A stretch of 64,000 nucleotides of DNA from Candidatus Omnitrophota bacterium. GTDB taxonomy: Bacteria > Omnitrophota > Gorgyraeia > Zapsychrales > JAHFFX01. The notes under the pieces are model-generated. The model was not told the origin of the DNA. It saw only the letters and a list, made by a program, of their open reading frames with translations, and did not search any database. The DNA lies in the NCBI GenBank assembly GCA_023247725.1, contig JAHFFW010000003.1, positions 704 through 64,703 of the forward strand. Reading direction: 5' to 3'. Of the stretch, positions 38,770-48,414 are shown piece by piece. Made by a program: the position numbers and the translations under genes. The first letter of the stretch is position 1. Each line of letters opens with the position of its first letter.

Positions 38770-39684
38770 ATGAAACGCAATTTTGTCAATATTGAGGATT
38801 TTTCCGGTGAAGAGATTTTGCAACTTTTGGAATTGGCCAAAAAACTCAAGGCAAACCGGAAACTGCATTCGCAAGCCCTGGAGGGAAAAACCTTCGCCTT
38901 GTTGTTTACCAAGCCGTCGAATCGAACCCGGGTCTCTTTTGAAGTGGGCATCCACCAGTTGGGAGGAAACTGCATTTATTTAAGTCCTCGCGAGATCCAG
39001 TTAGGGGAGCGGGAATCTGTTTCTGATGTGGCAGGCACGTTGTCTCGCTTTGTCGACGGCATTGTGGCGCGGACCGACACCCACAAGGATGTCGAAGACC
39101 TGGCGCGTTTTTCCAGTGTCCCGGTCATTAATGGCCTGAGCGACGAACAGCATCCCTGTCAGGCCTTGGCGGATCTATTTTCCATTAAAGAAAAGCTTGG
39201 CAAATTGAAAGGGATCACGTTGGCCTTTGTCGGTGACGGCAATAACGTTTGCCATTCACTCATGCTGGGCTCTGCTCTGGTCGGTTTACAGATGAGGATC
39301 GCGACGCCCAAGGCGTACGCGCCGGATCCGAGCATTCTCAAAAAGTGCCAACAACTGGGGCAACGCTCGGGAGCGGAAATCGCTTGGATGGAATCGCCGG
39401 CTGAGGCCGTGAAGGACGCCCACGTGATTTATGCCGATACCTTCGTGAGCATGGGCCAAGAAGCAGAAATGAAAAAGCGGCTCAAAGACTTTAAGAAATT
39501 CCAAATTAACTCTGGGTTAGCCAAACTGGCAGACAAGAACTTTATTTTTATGCATTGTTTGCCGGCCCACCGCGGACAGGAAGTGACCGAAAAAATTATT
39601 GACGGGAAACATTCGATCATTTTTGATCAAGCGGAAAATCGGCTGCATGTGCAGAAGGCCATCCTGATTCGACTAATGCAATGA
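38770..39684 (+). CDS. argF: Ornithine carbamoyltransferase ArgF
   Basis: STRTR carbamoyl-phosphate motif and HCLPAHRGQEV. Confidence 0.9.
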   Translation: MKRNFVNIEDFSGEEILQLLELAKKLKANRKLHSQALEGKTFALLFTKPSNRTRVSFEVGIHQLGGNCIYLSPREIQLGERESVSDVAGTLSRFVDGIVARTDTHKDVEDLARFSSVPVINGLSDEQHPCQALADLFSIKEKLGKLKGITLAFVGDGNNVCHSLMLGSALVGLQMRIATPKAYAPDPSILKKCQQLGQRSGAEIAWMESPAEAVKDAHVIYADTFVSMGQEAEMKKRLKDFKKFQINSGLAKLADKNFIFMHCLPAHRGQEVTEKIIDGKHSIIFDQAENRLHVQKAILIRLMQ

Positions 39685-40094
39685 GCAAACCCCGCAAAAA
39701 TGAATTTTCCAAGGTGATTGCAACGAGAAGATTAATCGCCCAAAATATCCGAGGTCGAAAATCGGAGATCATGGTTAGAATTTCTAAACCAGTCTCAGAG
39801 AAACATTATTACCGATGTTGCTATACACTCGAAGGCCTGTCTAAAGAAATCGAGTCGGCTTGTGGAGAAGACGCCGTGCAAGCCCTTGAACTGGGGTTAA
39901 AGAAGATCGGTCGTGACCTTGATCACCTTCAAAAAGCTAAAAAGCTGAAGATCACTTGGTTGGGGATGCACCACAGTTTCCCGGAAGTAAAGATATCAAC
40001 AATTTTCCCCTCGAAAAAATTAAATCAATATCTCAAAAAGGTTGACCATCTTACGAAGCTCATAAAAGCGAACCGGTCAATACCGAAAATCTAG
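39681..40094 (+). CDS. Hypothetical 137-aa protein embedded in the arg operon. Not ArgR-like.
   Basis: ATGA overlap with the argF stop. Basic protein with a YYRCCY segment; no recognisable family. Confidence 0.5.
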   Translation: MSKPRKNEFSKVIATRRLIAQNIRGRKSEIMVRISKPVSEKHYYRCCYTLEGLSKEIESACGEDAVQALELGLKKIGRDLDHLQKAKKLKITWLGMHHSFPEVKISTIFPSKKLNQYLKKVDHLTKLIKANRSIPKI

Positions 40095-40125
40095 AAACAC
40101 GATGACTTTTTAGGATTTAAAAGGT

Positions 40126-40533
40126 ATGATCCCGGATAATCCGAGAGTCCCATCGGTTGGAGTTCAGATTTTTGGAATCCTTCAAGTCCTGCTGGGGATT
40201 CTAGGTATTTTTTCGCTTCTTGGAATCAAGGAGCGTGACTTGTTCGATCTGTTCATCATGGGGACCCTGGCTTTCAATATTTTCTTGGGATTCAAAATGC
40301 TTCAACTTAAACCTTACGCCAGAATCGCAACTCTGCGGTTGGTGTATTTTTTATTAACAATTTATCTTTTGGCTGTCTGGGGATTGGGATATTCCTTAAC
40401 CAATCATGACGGTTTCATTTGTTTGCTATTCACAGCTATTGGGGTCGTAATCGCCTCTCCCGTTATATTTTTTCTCAGACACCCCAAAGTAAGGGAACAA
40501 TTTACCGTACCAATAGATACCCAAAGGATGTGA
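40126..40533 (+). CDS. Hypothetical 4-TM membrane protein embedded in the arg operon
   Basis: 135 aa with four hydrophobic helices; ends 8 nt before argG. Confidence 0.5.
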   Translation: MIPDNPRVPSVGVQIFGILQVLLGILGIFSLLGIKERDLFDLFIMGTLAFNIFLGFKMLQLKPYARIATLRLVYFLLTIYLLAVWGLGYSLTNHDGFICLLFTAIGVVIASPVIFFLRHPKVREQFTVPIDTQRM

Positions 40534-40540
40534 GGGACCA

Positions 40541-41704
40541 ATGAAAAAAGTTGTTCTGGCGTATTCCGGTGGACTTGACACCTCCTGCGCCATTCCGTGG
40601 CTCAAGGACAAAGGCTATGCGGTCATCGCCATGATCGCGGATGTTGGCCAAAAAGAAGACTTTGCTCAAATCAAGACCCGGGCGCTTAAAACCGGCGCCG
40701 CCAAAGTGCACGTGCTTGATTTGAAAAAGGAATTTGTTGAGAACTATGTATTCGCTGCCTTAAAGGCCGGCGCGGTTTACGAACGCAAATATTTTATGGC
40801 GACGTCCTTATCCCGCCCGATCATCGCTAAATATCAGGTCGAGGTGGCGCATCAAGAGAAGGCGACGGCCATTGCGCACGGCTGTACTGGAAAAGGAAAC
40901 GATCAAGTGCGTTTTGAAGTGACGGCCAAAATCCTTGATCCGAAACTAGAGACGATTGCGCCGGTGAGAATTTGGGAATTCAAAACCCGCGAGGAGGAAA
41001 TCGATTATTTGTACTCGAAAGGCGTGACGCTTGAAATCACCAAGAAGAAACCGTATTCCATCGACAAAAACATTTATGGGATGAGCATTGAGGCGGGCGT
41101 CCTGGAAGATCCATGGACCGAGCCGCCGGAAGATATTTACCAGATGACGACCTCACCGGAAAAGGCCCCATCGAAACCGATTTATTGTGAAATCGATTTC
41201 GGAAAAGGAATTCCCAAAAAACTGAACGGCAAATCCTATCATGGCGTCGTCTTATTAGAGAAGCTCAATCATATAGGGGGGACGCAGGGAATTGGCCGCG
41301 TGGATATGGTGGAAAATCGCTTGGTGGGGATTAAGTCCCGGGAAATCTATGAATGTCCCGGCGGTACGATCTTATTGACGGCCCATCAGGAACTCGAGGC
41401 CATGGTTTTGGATCGGGAAACGATGCGTTACAAACAGGGCGTTTCCCTCAAATACGCCGATCTGATTTACTACGGACTCTGGGAAACGCCCCTCAAAAAA
41501 CAACTGGATCAATACATCGAAGAAACTCAACGCCATGTGACGGGCACGATCCGATTGAAATTGTATAAAGGCAATTGCACGGTCGTCGGCCGTAAGTCGC
41601 CGTACTCCCGTTATAAAAAGGAACTGGCCACCTATGGCCACGGAGATCAGTTTGATCAGAAATTATCAGAAGGGTTTATTAAAATTTGGGGAATGCCGTA
41701 TTGA
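40541..41704 (+). CDS. argG: Argininosuccinate synthase ArgG
   Basis: AYSGGLDTS PP-loop; 387 aa. Confidence 0.9.
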   Translation: MKKVVLAYSGGLDTSCAIPWLKDKGYAVIAMIADVGQKEDFAQIKTRALKTGAAKVHVLDLKKEFVENYVFAALKAGAVYERKYFMATSLSRPIIAKYQVEVAHQEKATAIAHGCTGKGNDQVRFEVTAKILDPKLETIAPVRIWEFKTREEEIDYLYSKGVTLEITKKKPYSIDKNIYGMSIEAGVLEDPWTEPPEDIYQMTTSPEKAPSKPIYCEIDFGKGIPKKLNGKSYHGVVLLEKLNHIGGTQGIGRVDMVENRLVGIKSREIYECPGGTILLTAHQELEAMVLDRETMRYKQGVSLKYADLIYYGLWETPLKKQLDQYIEETQRHVTGTIRLKLYKGNCTVVGRKSPYSRYKKELATYGHGDQFDQKLSEGFIKIWGMPY

Positions 41705-41706
41705 TT

Positions 41707-41762
41707 CGTGACTCGTCGCCCGTGGCTCGTCTCGGGACACGAGTCACGGGTCCCGAGCCACT
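41707..41762. repeat. GC-rich repeat, family B, with interleaved (pseudoknot-type) complementarities
   Basis: gtgactcgt ... gtggctcg ... acgagtcac ... cgagccac in A-B-A'-B' order in the 73-bp argG-argH spacer. Confidence 0.45.
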
Positions 41763-41777
41763 AAAAAGGAAATCACC

Positions 41778-43121
41778 ATGACCAAACTCTGGGGAGGACG
41801 ATTTAGCAAAAAGACTGATCCAAGGGTGGAGGAGTTCACCCGGTCGATTCACTTTGACCGGAAACTCGCGGCCTACGATTGCATCGGCTCCTTGACGCAC
41901 ATCGATATCCTGAAGAAGGCGAATCTCATTTCTTCGAAAGAACATAAACACCTGCAAAGCGGTTTGGAGGAAATCCTTCAGTCCATTCGTCAAAGTCGAT
42001 TTCCGATTGATGAAACGGCGGAAGATATCCATACGGCGATCCAGCAGGCCTTAGAAAAAAAAGTGGGGAAGGTGGCGCTTAAACTCCACACCTGTCGCTC
42101 GCGCAACGATCAAGTTGTCTTTGCCACAAAACTCTTCTGCATGGAAGAGATCAAAAATATCCAAAAGCTTCTGGAAGGTCTTCGCCAAACCCTTTTTGAT
42201 GTGGCCTTAGAGAACTCAGACATTTACCTGCCGGGATATACTCATCTGCAGCATGCGATGCCCGTTCGGCTGGTCGATGTTCTTTTGGCTTATGAAGAAA
42301 TGTTCACGGCCGACCAAAAACGTCTGCAGAATGTCTATGAAGGCATTCACCTCAATATGGGCTCGGGAGCGCTCGCCGGGACTTTTATTGATGCCAAAAA
42401 CTATAATCAGGCGGTTCATTCGGTTCTTCCGGAACGATTGCAGGTGAAGTCGACGACCAATTCGATTTATACCGTGAGCGACCGTGATTTTGTCGTGGAT
42501 CTCTTGAATGCCTTGTCCATCACTGGCATGCATGCCTCGCGTTTGGCGGAGGATTTTATTCTGTGGGCCACCCAGGAATTCGATTTTATCGATATTGACG
42601 AATCGTTTTGCACGGGGAGTTCGCTCATGCCGCAGAAAAAAAATCCCGATGTCCTGGAACTCATCCGCGGCTACAGCGGGAGGCTTTATGGGAATCTTGT
42701 CAATGTATTGGTCGTTCTCAAAGGGCTGCCGTTGTCCTACAATCGCGATTTGCAGCACGACAAGGAACCCCTGTTTGATTCACTGCGGATCGTGAACGGC
42801 GAGTTGTCCATCTTGACGGCGTTATTGAAAAAGATTTCATTCAAAAAAACCAGCATCGAACGACAATTAGACGATGAATTGCTTTATGCGACGGATTTAG
42901 CTGATCATTTAGTCAAAAGCGGAGTTCCCTTCAAAGAGGCCCACTCCACGATTGGAAAGTTGGTCAGTTACAAACTTGCCCAAGGCAAGGACCTCATCCG
43001 CATGAGCGCGGAAGAATTAAAGGTATTTTCTCCCTTTTTGACCCCGGCGGTCATTCGCCATACCATCAATCCGAAACATTCGGTGCAGGCCAAAAAATCC
43101 GTCACCAAGCGGATCAAATAA
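41778..43121 (+). CDS. argH: Argininosuccinate lyase ArgH
   Basis: Fumarate-lyase family, GSSLMPQKKNPD signature. Confidence 0.9.
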   Translation: MTKLWGGRFSKKTDPRVEEFTRSIHFDRKLAAYDCIGSLTHIDILKKANLISSKEHKHLQSGLEEILQSIRQSRFPIDETAEDIHTAIQQALEKKVGKVALKLHTCRSRNDQVVFATKLFCMEEIKNIQKLLEGLRQTLFDVALENSDIYLPGYTHLQHAMPVRLVDVLLAYEEMFTADQKRLQNVYEGIHLNMGSGALAGTFIDAKNYNQAVHSVLPERLQVKSTTNSIYTVSDRDFVVDLLNALSITGMHASRLAEDFILWATQEFDFIDIDESFCTGSSLMPQKKNPDVLELIRGYSGRLYGNLVNVLVVLKGLPLSYNRDLQHDKEPLFDSLRIVNGELSILTALLKKISFKKTSIERQLDDELLYATDLADHLVKSGVPFKEAHSTIGKLVSYKLAQGKDLIRMSAEELKVFSPFLTPAVIRHTINPKHSVQAKKSVTKRIK

Positions 43122-43122
43122 C

Positions 43123-44379
43123 ATGCATGATTTTATTTTCAAAAATAATGAACTGCACTGCGAAGCTGTGAAAGTGAGCGATGTGGCCGAACAGATTGGC
43201 ACGCCATTTTATTTGTATAGTCATCATAGCCTGGTCGATCACTTCACCAAGATCAAAAAGGCCTTTGCGCCGGTAGATCCCATCATCTGCTTTGCGATGA
43301 AAGCCAATGGAAACATGGCCGTCGTCAAAACCCTTTTGAATGAGGGAGCGGGCCTGGACATTGTCTCTAAAGGGGAATTGGAAAAGGCCTTAACGCTGGG
43401 GGCCGATCCCAAAAAAATTGTCTTTGCCTCCGTTGGAAAAACAGCGGAGGAAATCAGTCAAGCCATCCGCGCCGGGATTCTTTTTTTAAACGTGGAGTCG
43501 GTTCCGGAATTGGAGGAGATCAACCGCATCTCCCAAAAACTGAATCAAAAAGCCCGCGTGGCCTTGCGCATCAATCCGGATGTGGAGGCTCCGACCCACA
43601 GCTTCATCAAGACCGGTACCCTCGAGAAAAAATTTGGCATTGATCTGCGCTCGGCGCGGCGCCTTTTTAAGTCGCGCAGTCGCTTTCCCTTTGTGACCAT
43701 CAACGGCCTGCATATCCATATCGGTTCGCAAATCACCGAAAGCCAACCCTTCATCAGGGCCATGAAAAAAGTCATTGAATTTTTGCAAGCCTTGCGCAAG
43801 GATAATATCCGCTTGGAATACCTGGATATGGGCGGAGGCATGGGGATCATCTACAAAGATGAAAAACCGCAAACGGCTCAAGAATTTGCCAACCGCATCT
43901 TGCCTTATCTCGAGCAAACGCAGTTAAAAATTGTGATGGAGCCCGGCCGCTTCATTGTCGGCAATGCCGGAATTTTTGTGACCAAGGTTTTGTATATCAA
44001 GGATAATGGTTTTAAAAAATTTGTGATTGTCGACGGCGGCATGAATGACCTCATCCGGCCGTCGTTGTATCATGCCTATCATGAAATCGTGCCCGTCAAA
44101 AAAACCAAGTCTCCATCAATGAAAGCCGATATCGTTGGCCCGGTTTGCGAAAGCGGCGATTTTTTTGCCAAGGATCGGCGGATTCCGAGGGTAAAAAAAG
44201 ATGACCTCTTGGCGGTCATGAGCGCCGGGGCCTATGGATACGTCATGGCCAGCAATTACAACATGCGGCCGCGGGTGCCTGAGGTCCTGGTCAAAGGCGA
44301 TCGATTCGAAGTCGTCAAGGAACGCGAAACGTTTGCGGATTTGATTCGGGGGGAACGCATTCCCGAATTTTTGAAATAA
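43123..44379 (+). CDS. lysA: Diaminopimelate decarboxylase LysA
   Basis: PLP-dependent Orn/DAP decarboxylase fold (FAMKAN ... GGGMGI ... CESGD). Confidence 0.9.
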   Translation: MHDFIFKNNELHCEAVKVSDVAEQIGTPFYLYSHHSLVDHFTKIKKAFAPVDPIICFAMKANGNMAVVKTLLNEGAGLDIVSKGELEKALTLGADPKKIVFASVGKTAEEISQAIRAGILFLNVESVPELEEINRISQKLNQKARVALRINPDVEAPTHSFIKTGTLEKKFGIDLRSARRLFKSRSRFPFVTINGLHIHIGSQITESQPFIRAMKKVIEFLQALRKDNIRLEYLDMGGGMGIIYKDEKPQTAQEFANRILPYLEQTQLKIVMEPGRFIVGNAGIFVTKVLYIKDNGFKKFVIVDGGMNDLIRPSLYHAYHEIVPVKKTKSPSMKADIVGPVCESGDFFAKDRRIPRVKKDDLLAVMSAGAYGYVMASNYNMRPRVPEVLVKGDRFEVVKERETFADLIRGERIPEFLK

Positions 44380-44387
44380 GTTGAAAG

Positions 44388-44488
44388 GGTCACACCTCAC
44401 AAGGTCACCAGTCACAAGTGATATTGACCGTTCAAAATTCTTGAACAGTCCAACACCTGTGACGTTGTGACCTGTGGCGTTGTGACTT
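44388..44488. repeat. About 100-bp nested palindrome, family B (GTGAC/GTGGC-rich arms around a gttcaa-aattc-ttgaac core)
   Basis: Left arm ggtcacacctcacaaggtcaccagtcacaagtg is the approximate reverse complement of right arm cacctgtgacgttgtgacctgtggcgttgtgac. Confidence 0.45.
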
Positions 44489-44496
44489 TGCTAATG

Positions 44497-45327
44497 GCAC
44501 ATCAAAACCAGCGAATTCTGTTTACAAAAATGGTCGGAGCCGGGAATGATTTTCTGGTGATCGAAAATCTTTCTAAAACCGATCCCCAAAAGCTCGCGGT
44601 AGCCATGTGTGCGCGCCAAACCGGCGTGGGCGCCGACGGTCTTCTTCTCTTGGGGACGTCCAAGAAAGCCGATTACCAAATGCGCATCATCAATTCCGAC
44701 GGTTCCGAAGCGGAGATGTGCGGAAATGGCGTCCGCTGCCTGGCCGTTTATATTACCCATTTTAAAAAACCGAAAAAGAAACTCTTCACGATCGAGACCT
44801 TGGCCGGCATGGTGGAGGGCCAAGCCAACCGCGAAACGGCCCGGGTTCATTTGAGCGACCCGAAAGATTACCGTCCGGATCTCCCTTTAGAAATCAACGG
44901 CCGTTCCTTAAAAGCGAATTCCATCGATACGGGGGTGCCGCACCTCATCATTTTCGTGGACGGACTCGACAACATCGCCGTCAACGAATTGGGCCGCCAA
45001 TTGCGGCATCATGCAGCCTTTGAACCCCGCGGGACAAACGTCAACTTTGTTGAACAAAAAAATGAAACGCTGGTTGCGGTCAGAACCTATGAACGCGGCG
45101 TCGAAGCCGAAACCAATGCCTGCGGCACAGGAGCGGTCGCCTCCGGTATCGTTGGATTTTTGCTGGCGCATCCTCAAATTCAAACAACCAAGAAAGCAGT
45201 CATGAACGTCTTAACCAAAAGTAGAGAAATCTTAGAGATTTCTTTTCAAATAAACAACGGCCGGATTTTTGATGTTTGGCTCAAAGGCAGTGGAAAGATC
45301 ATTGCCCAAGGGGAGTACTATGTTTAA
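44497..45327 (+). CDS. dapF: Diaminopimelate epimerase DapF. The ATG at 44497 is preferred; the track start at 44467 lies inside the repeat.
   Basis: FTKMVGAGNDF and the two catalytic Cys (CGNGVRC, ACGTGAV). Confidence 0.85.
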   Translation, partial: AHQNQRILFTKMVGAGNDFLVIENLSKTDPQKLAVAMCARQTGVGADGLLLLGTSKKADYQMRIINSDGSEAEMCGNGVRCLAVYITHFKKPKKKLFTIETLAGMVEGQANRETARVHLSDPKDYRPDLPLEINGRSLKANSIDTGVPHLIIFVDGLDNIAVNELGRQLRHHAAFEPRGTNVNFVEQKNETLVAVRTYERGVEAETNACGTGAVASGIVGFLLAHPQIQTTKKAVMNVLTKSREILEISFQINNGRIFDVWLKGSGKIIAQGEYYV

Positions 45328-46210
45328 GGGTTCCATTGTCGCGATTCTCACTCCATTTCAAAACGGCAGGGTCGATGAAACGGCGCTCTCGAAGCTGATT
45401 GAATTCCAGATCAAAAATGGAACAACCGGGATTGTTCCCTGCGGAACGACCGGCGAATCGCCTACGTTGTCGACGGCAGAGCATGAGAGGGTGATTGAAC
45501 TTTGCCTCAAATTCACGGCCAAGCGAATTCCGGTGATTGCGGGCACGGGCTCTAATTCAACCGAAGAAGCGATTTCGCTGACGCGGCATGCGGCGCAGGC
45601 TGGAGCCGACGCGGCTCTGATTGTTTCTCCTTACTACAATCGTCCGACGCAAAAAGGCCTTTATTTGCATTTTAAAGCGATTGCCGACGCTGTGGATGTC
45701 CCCATTATCTTGTACAACATCGCCGGCAGGACGGGAGTGAATATTGAACCGGCGATCATTCAAAAACTGGCGAATGATTGCAAAAATATCATCGGGGTTA
45801 AGGAAGCCTCCGGATCTTTGGATCAGATGGCGAACATTCGGCACCTATGCGGTGAAAAATTTATTTTGTTATCCGGTGACGATGCCTTGACCCTGCCGCT
45901 TTTATCCATCGGGGGGGCGGGTGTCATTTCTGTCGTCGCGAATATTGTCCCCAAGGACGTGAGCGACATGGTCCATGCCTTTGAAAAGGGCGACCCACAA
46001 AAAGCCCAAAGGCTTCACGAAAAGCTTTACCCCTTGATCAAGGCCATGTTTCTCGAAACGAATCCCATTCCCGTCAAAACCGCCGCTGGCCTGATGGGGC
46101 TTTGCCAGCCGGATTTACGCTTACCGTTGTGCGAAATGGGAGAAGAAAACCTCGCCAAGCTCAAAAAAGCCCTCAAGGATTATGGGCTGATGAAAACGAA
46201 GTCGTCGTAA
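45317..46210 (+). CDS. dapA: 4-hydroxy-tetrahydrodipicolinate synthase DapA
   Basis: MFKGSIVAILTPF start (RBS AAGGGGA); GTTGES and Schiff-base Lys region. Confidence 0.9.
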   Translation, partial: TMFKGSIVAILTPFQNGRVDETALSKLIEFQIKNGTTGIVPCGTTGESPTLSTAEHERVIELCLKFTAKRIPVIAGTGSNSTEEAISLTRHAAQAGADAALIVSPYYNRPTQKGLYLHFKAIADAVDVPIILYNIAGRTGVNIEPAIIQKLANDCKNIIGVKEASGSLDQMANIRHLCGEKFILLSGDDALTLPLLSIGGAGVISVVANIVPKDVSDMVHAFEKGDPQKAQRLHEKLYPLIKAMFLETNPIPVKTAAGLMGLCQPDLRLPLCEMGEENLAKLKKALKDYGLMKTKSS

Positions 46211-46269
46211 TCACCGAATCTCAAGAAACAATCACCAAAAAAATAATCAAATTCCAATAATCAAAATTT

Positions 46270-46476
46270 ATGGGATCAAGGGAGATATCGATGGGGCTCA
46301 TCCATGCCAATATCGTGCTGAAGAATCCTCAGCGGAGTAAACTTGCGCCGGTCAAAACAACCGCCTCGGTTGATTCGGGAGCGGTGCATTTATGTATTCC
46401 CGAGCACATTCAATTGCAATTAAAACTGAAATCCATCGACCAGAAAGAATTTTCCTTGGCCGAGGTTTCATTCTAA
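46270..46476 (+). CDS. Truncated retropepsin-like aspartic protease fragment, 68 aa
   Basis: TASVDSGAVHLCIPEHIQLQLKL resembles the D(S/T)GA active-site segment of clan AA proteases. The ORF stops exactly where the dapB 5' remnant begins. Confidence 0.3.
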   Translation: MGSREISMGLIHANIVLKNPQRSKLAPVKTTASVDSGAVHLCIPEHIQLQLKLKSIDQKEFSLAEVSF

Positions 46477-46477
46477 G

Positions 46478-46537
46478 ATGATCAAACTCGCCATCAGCGG
46501 CTATCGGGGAGCGATGGAAAGAAATTATAGTTATTGA
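46478..46537 (+). pseudogene. Decayed duplicate of the dapB 5' end (19 codons, then stop)
   Basis: atgatcaaactcgccatcagcgg is identical over 23 nt to the dapB start at 47217; the next codons give GYRGAMER versus GARGRMGQ in dapB. Confidence 0.5.
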
Positions 46538-46544
46538 AGAAACA

Positions 46545-46883
46545 GTGAGGTGGGATATGGTCAAAGTTAATTTTCTTCCCAAGCCCCTTAGAAAAAAGGG
46601 TATTGAGCAAAAATTGCAAAACGCCTGCGAAGAGAATGACATCGTGTTTCTAGCCATGTTCGGTTCGTTTGCCCAAGCTAAACAAACAAAAAAAAGTGAC
46701 ATCGACTTCATTGTACGCTTTGATAAATCGCAAACCAAAAGCCTCTTGGATTTGATTCATACAGAAAATGATCTAAAAAAAATATTCAAACGAAAAATAG
46801 ATCTGCTGACCGAAGACAGCCTTAGCCCCTATCTCAAAGACGACGTTTTAAAGTCAATGCGGGTTGTCTATGAAAAACGATAA
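46545..46883 (+). CDS. mntA: Minimal nucleotidyltransferase antitoxin (MntA-type)
   Basis: FGSFAQAKQTKKSDIDFIV contains the GS-x(9-10)-DxD pol-beta NTase motif; 112 aa. Confidence 0.7.
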   Translation: MRWDMVKVNFLPKPLRKKGIEQKLQNACEENDIVFLAMFGSFAQAKQTKKSDIDFIVRFDKSQTKSLLDLIHTENDLKKIFKRKIDLLTEDSLSPYLKDDVLKSMRVVYEKR

Positions 46884-47199
46884 GGTTTATCTGAAGCATA
46901 TTTTTAAAGCCATTGATCTTATTGAAGAATTTACACGGGATATGACCCAAGAAGATTTTCTGCACGATAGTCTTGTTAGCAGCGCCGTTATAAGGCAATT
47001 AGAAATCATAGGAGAAGCGGTCAAGAATTTAACTCCGGATTACAAAAGAAAACGTCGAGATATCCCCTGGAAAGATATCGCCGGATTAAGAGATAAGTTG
47101 ATCCATCAGTATTTTGGTGTGGATTTGGCCTTGGTCTGGGCGATATGCTTAAAAGAGATTCCGCCATTAAAGCACAGAATTTCTCTGTCTTTCGAATAA
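46864..47199 (+). CDS. hepT: HEPN-domain toxin (HepT/DUF86)
   Basis: LRDKLIHQYFGVD carries the Rx4HxY HEPN motif. 20-nt overlap with the upstream NTase gene. Confidence 0.75.
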   Translation: MSMKNDKVYLKHIFKAIDLIEEFTRDMTQEDFLHDSLVSSAVIRQLEIIGEAVKNLTPDYKRKRRDIPWKDIAGLRDKLIHQYFGVDLALVWAICLKEIPPLKHRISLSFE

Positions 47200-47216
47200 C
47201 CTTAAGGAATACAACC

Positions 47217-47948
47217 ATGATCAAACTCGCCATCAGCGGTGCCCGCGGCAGGATGGGGCAACGGATCACAGCGCTCGCCGCTGAAGACAAGGCCTTTAAG
47301 ATTGTGGCCTTATTAGAAAATCCCCAGCACCCCGATGCCAATTCTCAGAAGAACGGCCTGACGATCAGCCCGGATCCATCCGTGATGAAAAAGTCCAATG
47401 TCCTCATCGAGTTCACATCGCCAGTGGCCACGATGGAACATCTGGATGCGGCCCAAAAATTTCGCATCAAAATGGTGATCGGCACAACCGGTCTCAACGA
47501 AATACAGATCGAACAGATTAAGGCCGCCAGCAAAAGGATTCCCATTGTCTTTTCCTCCAATATGTCGGTCGGGGTGAACATTCTGTTTGCCACTGCCCGG
47601 GATTTGGCTCGCCGCTGTGCCGGCCGATACCAGATGCGTATTGTCGAGGCTCATCACATCCATAAAAAAGACGCCCCATCGGGAACCGCCAAAACTTTAA
47701 CCCAGATTATTGAACAAGCGGCGAAAGACAAGGTGGTCGACATCCAGTCCATTCGCGAGGGAGAAACCATCGGCGATCACGAAATCATTTTCGAAAGCCC
47801 GGTCGATACCATCAAAATTAGCCATCACGCGAAGACGCGCGACATCTTTGCCGCCGGGGCGCTCGTCGCCGCCAAGTTTCTCGCTAAAAAATCCAAAGGT
47901 CTTTTCACCATGGAAGATGTCCTTGGAATAAAAAATAAGGAGATATAG
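47217..47948 (+). CDS. dapB: 4-hydroxy-tetrahydrodipicolinate reductase DapB. The ATG at 47217 is preferred over the track's 47145.
   Basis: MIKLAISGARGRMGQ NAD(P) motif and EAHHIHKKDAPSGTA; intact, 243 aa. Confidence 0.9.
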   Translation: MIKLAISGARGRMGQRITALAAEDKAFKIVALLENPQHPDANSQKNGLTISPDPSVMKKSNVLIEFTSPVATMEHLDAAQKFRIKMVIGTTGLNEIQIEQIKAASKRIPIVFSSNMSVGVNILFATARDLARRCAGRYQMRIVEAHHIHKKDAPSGTAKTLTQIIEQAAKDKVVDIQSIREGETIGDHEIIFESPVDTIKISHHAKTRDIFAAGALVAAKFLAKKSKGLFTMEDVLGIKNKEI

Positions 47949-47950
47949 AA

Positions 47951-48172
47951 ATGACTAAAGCCTTAGAAGAAATTGTTTTTATCGTAGAAGAATCCCCGGA
48001 GGGGGGCTATGTCGCCAGGGCATTGGGAGTCAGCATTTTTACCCAGGCGGAGGATTTGAAAAGTTTGCGCACAGAGGTAATCGACGCCGTCCGTTGCCAT
48101 TTTCACGATCATCCGCAGCCACCGAAGATCATTCGCCTTCACATGGTCAAAGATGAAGTCCTGGCTGTATGA
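47951..48172 (+). CDS. hicB: HicB-like antitoxin
   Basis: 73 aa; EESPEGGYVARALGVSIFTQAEDLKSLRTEVIDAV matches the HicB N-terminal (UPF0150) pattern. Confidence 0.6.
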   Translation: MTKALEEIVFIVEESPEGGYVARALGVSIFTQAEDLKSLRTEVIDAVRCHFHDHPQPPKIIRLHMVKDEVLAV

Positions 48173-48411
48173 AGATCCCTCGTGATATTACCGGCCTTGA
48201 TTTAGCCAAAGCCTTAAAACGTTATGGTTGCGAGATTGGACGGCAAACCGGAAGTCATCTGCGTTTGATGACTCAATTGAACGGTGAGCATCATATCACT
48301 ATTCCGCGTCACAATCCGCTTAAGATCGGAACATTGTCCGCTATTCTAAGCGACGTTGCAATTCATCTTGAAAAAGAACGAGGTAAATTCATTGAGGAGC
48401 TGTGGGGATAA
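48169..48411 (+). CDS. hicA: HicA mRNA-interferase toxin
   Basis: MKIPRDITGLDLAKALKRYGCEIGRQTGSHLRL...HITIP: the YcfA/HicA signature including the catalytic His. Confidence 0.75.
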   Translation: MKIPRDITGLDLAKALKRYGCEIGRQTGSHLRLMTQLNGEHHITIPRHNPLKIGTLSAILSDVAIHLEKERGKFIEELWG

Positions 48412-48414
48412 TGG

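Noticed and set aside
47145-47216. Upstream extension of dapB from the ORF track (start at 47145)
   Set aside because: It would overlap hepT. The canonical MIKLAISGARG N terminus at 47217 matches DapB proteins and the duplicated 5' remnant.
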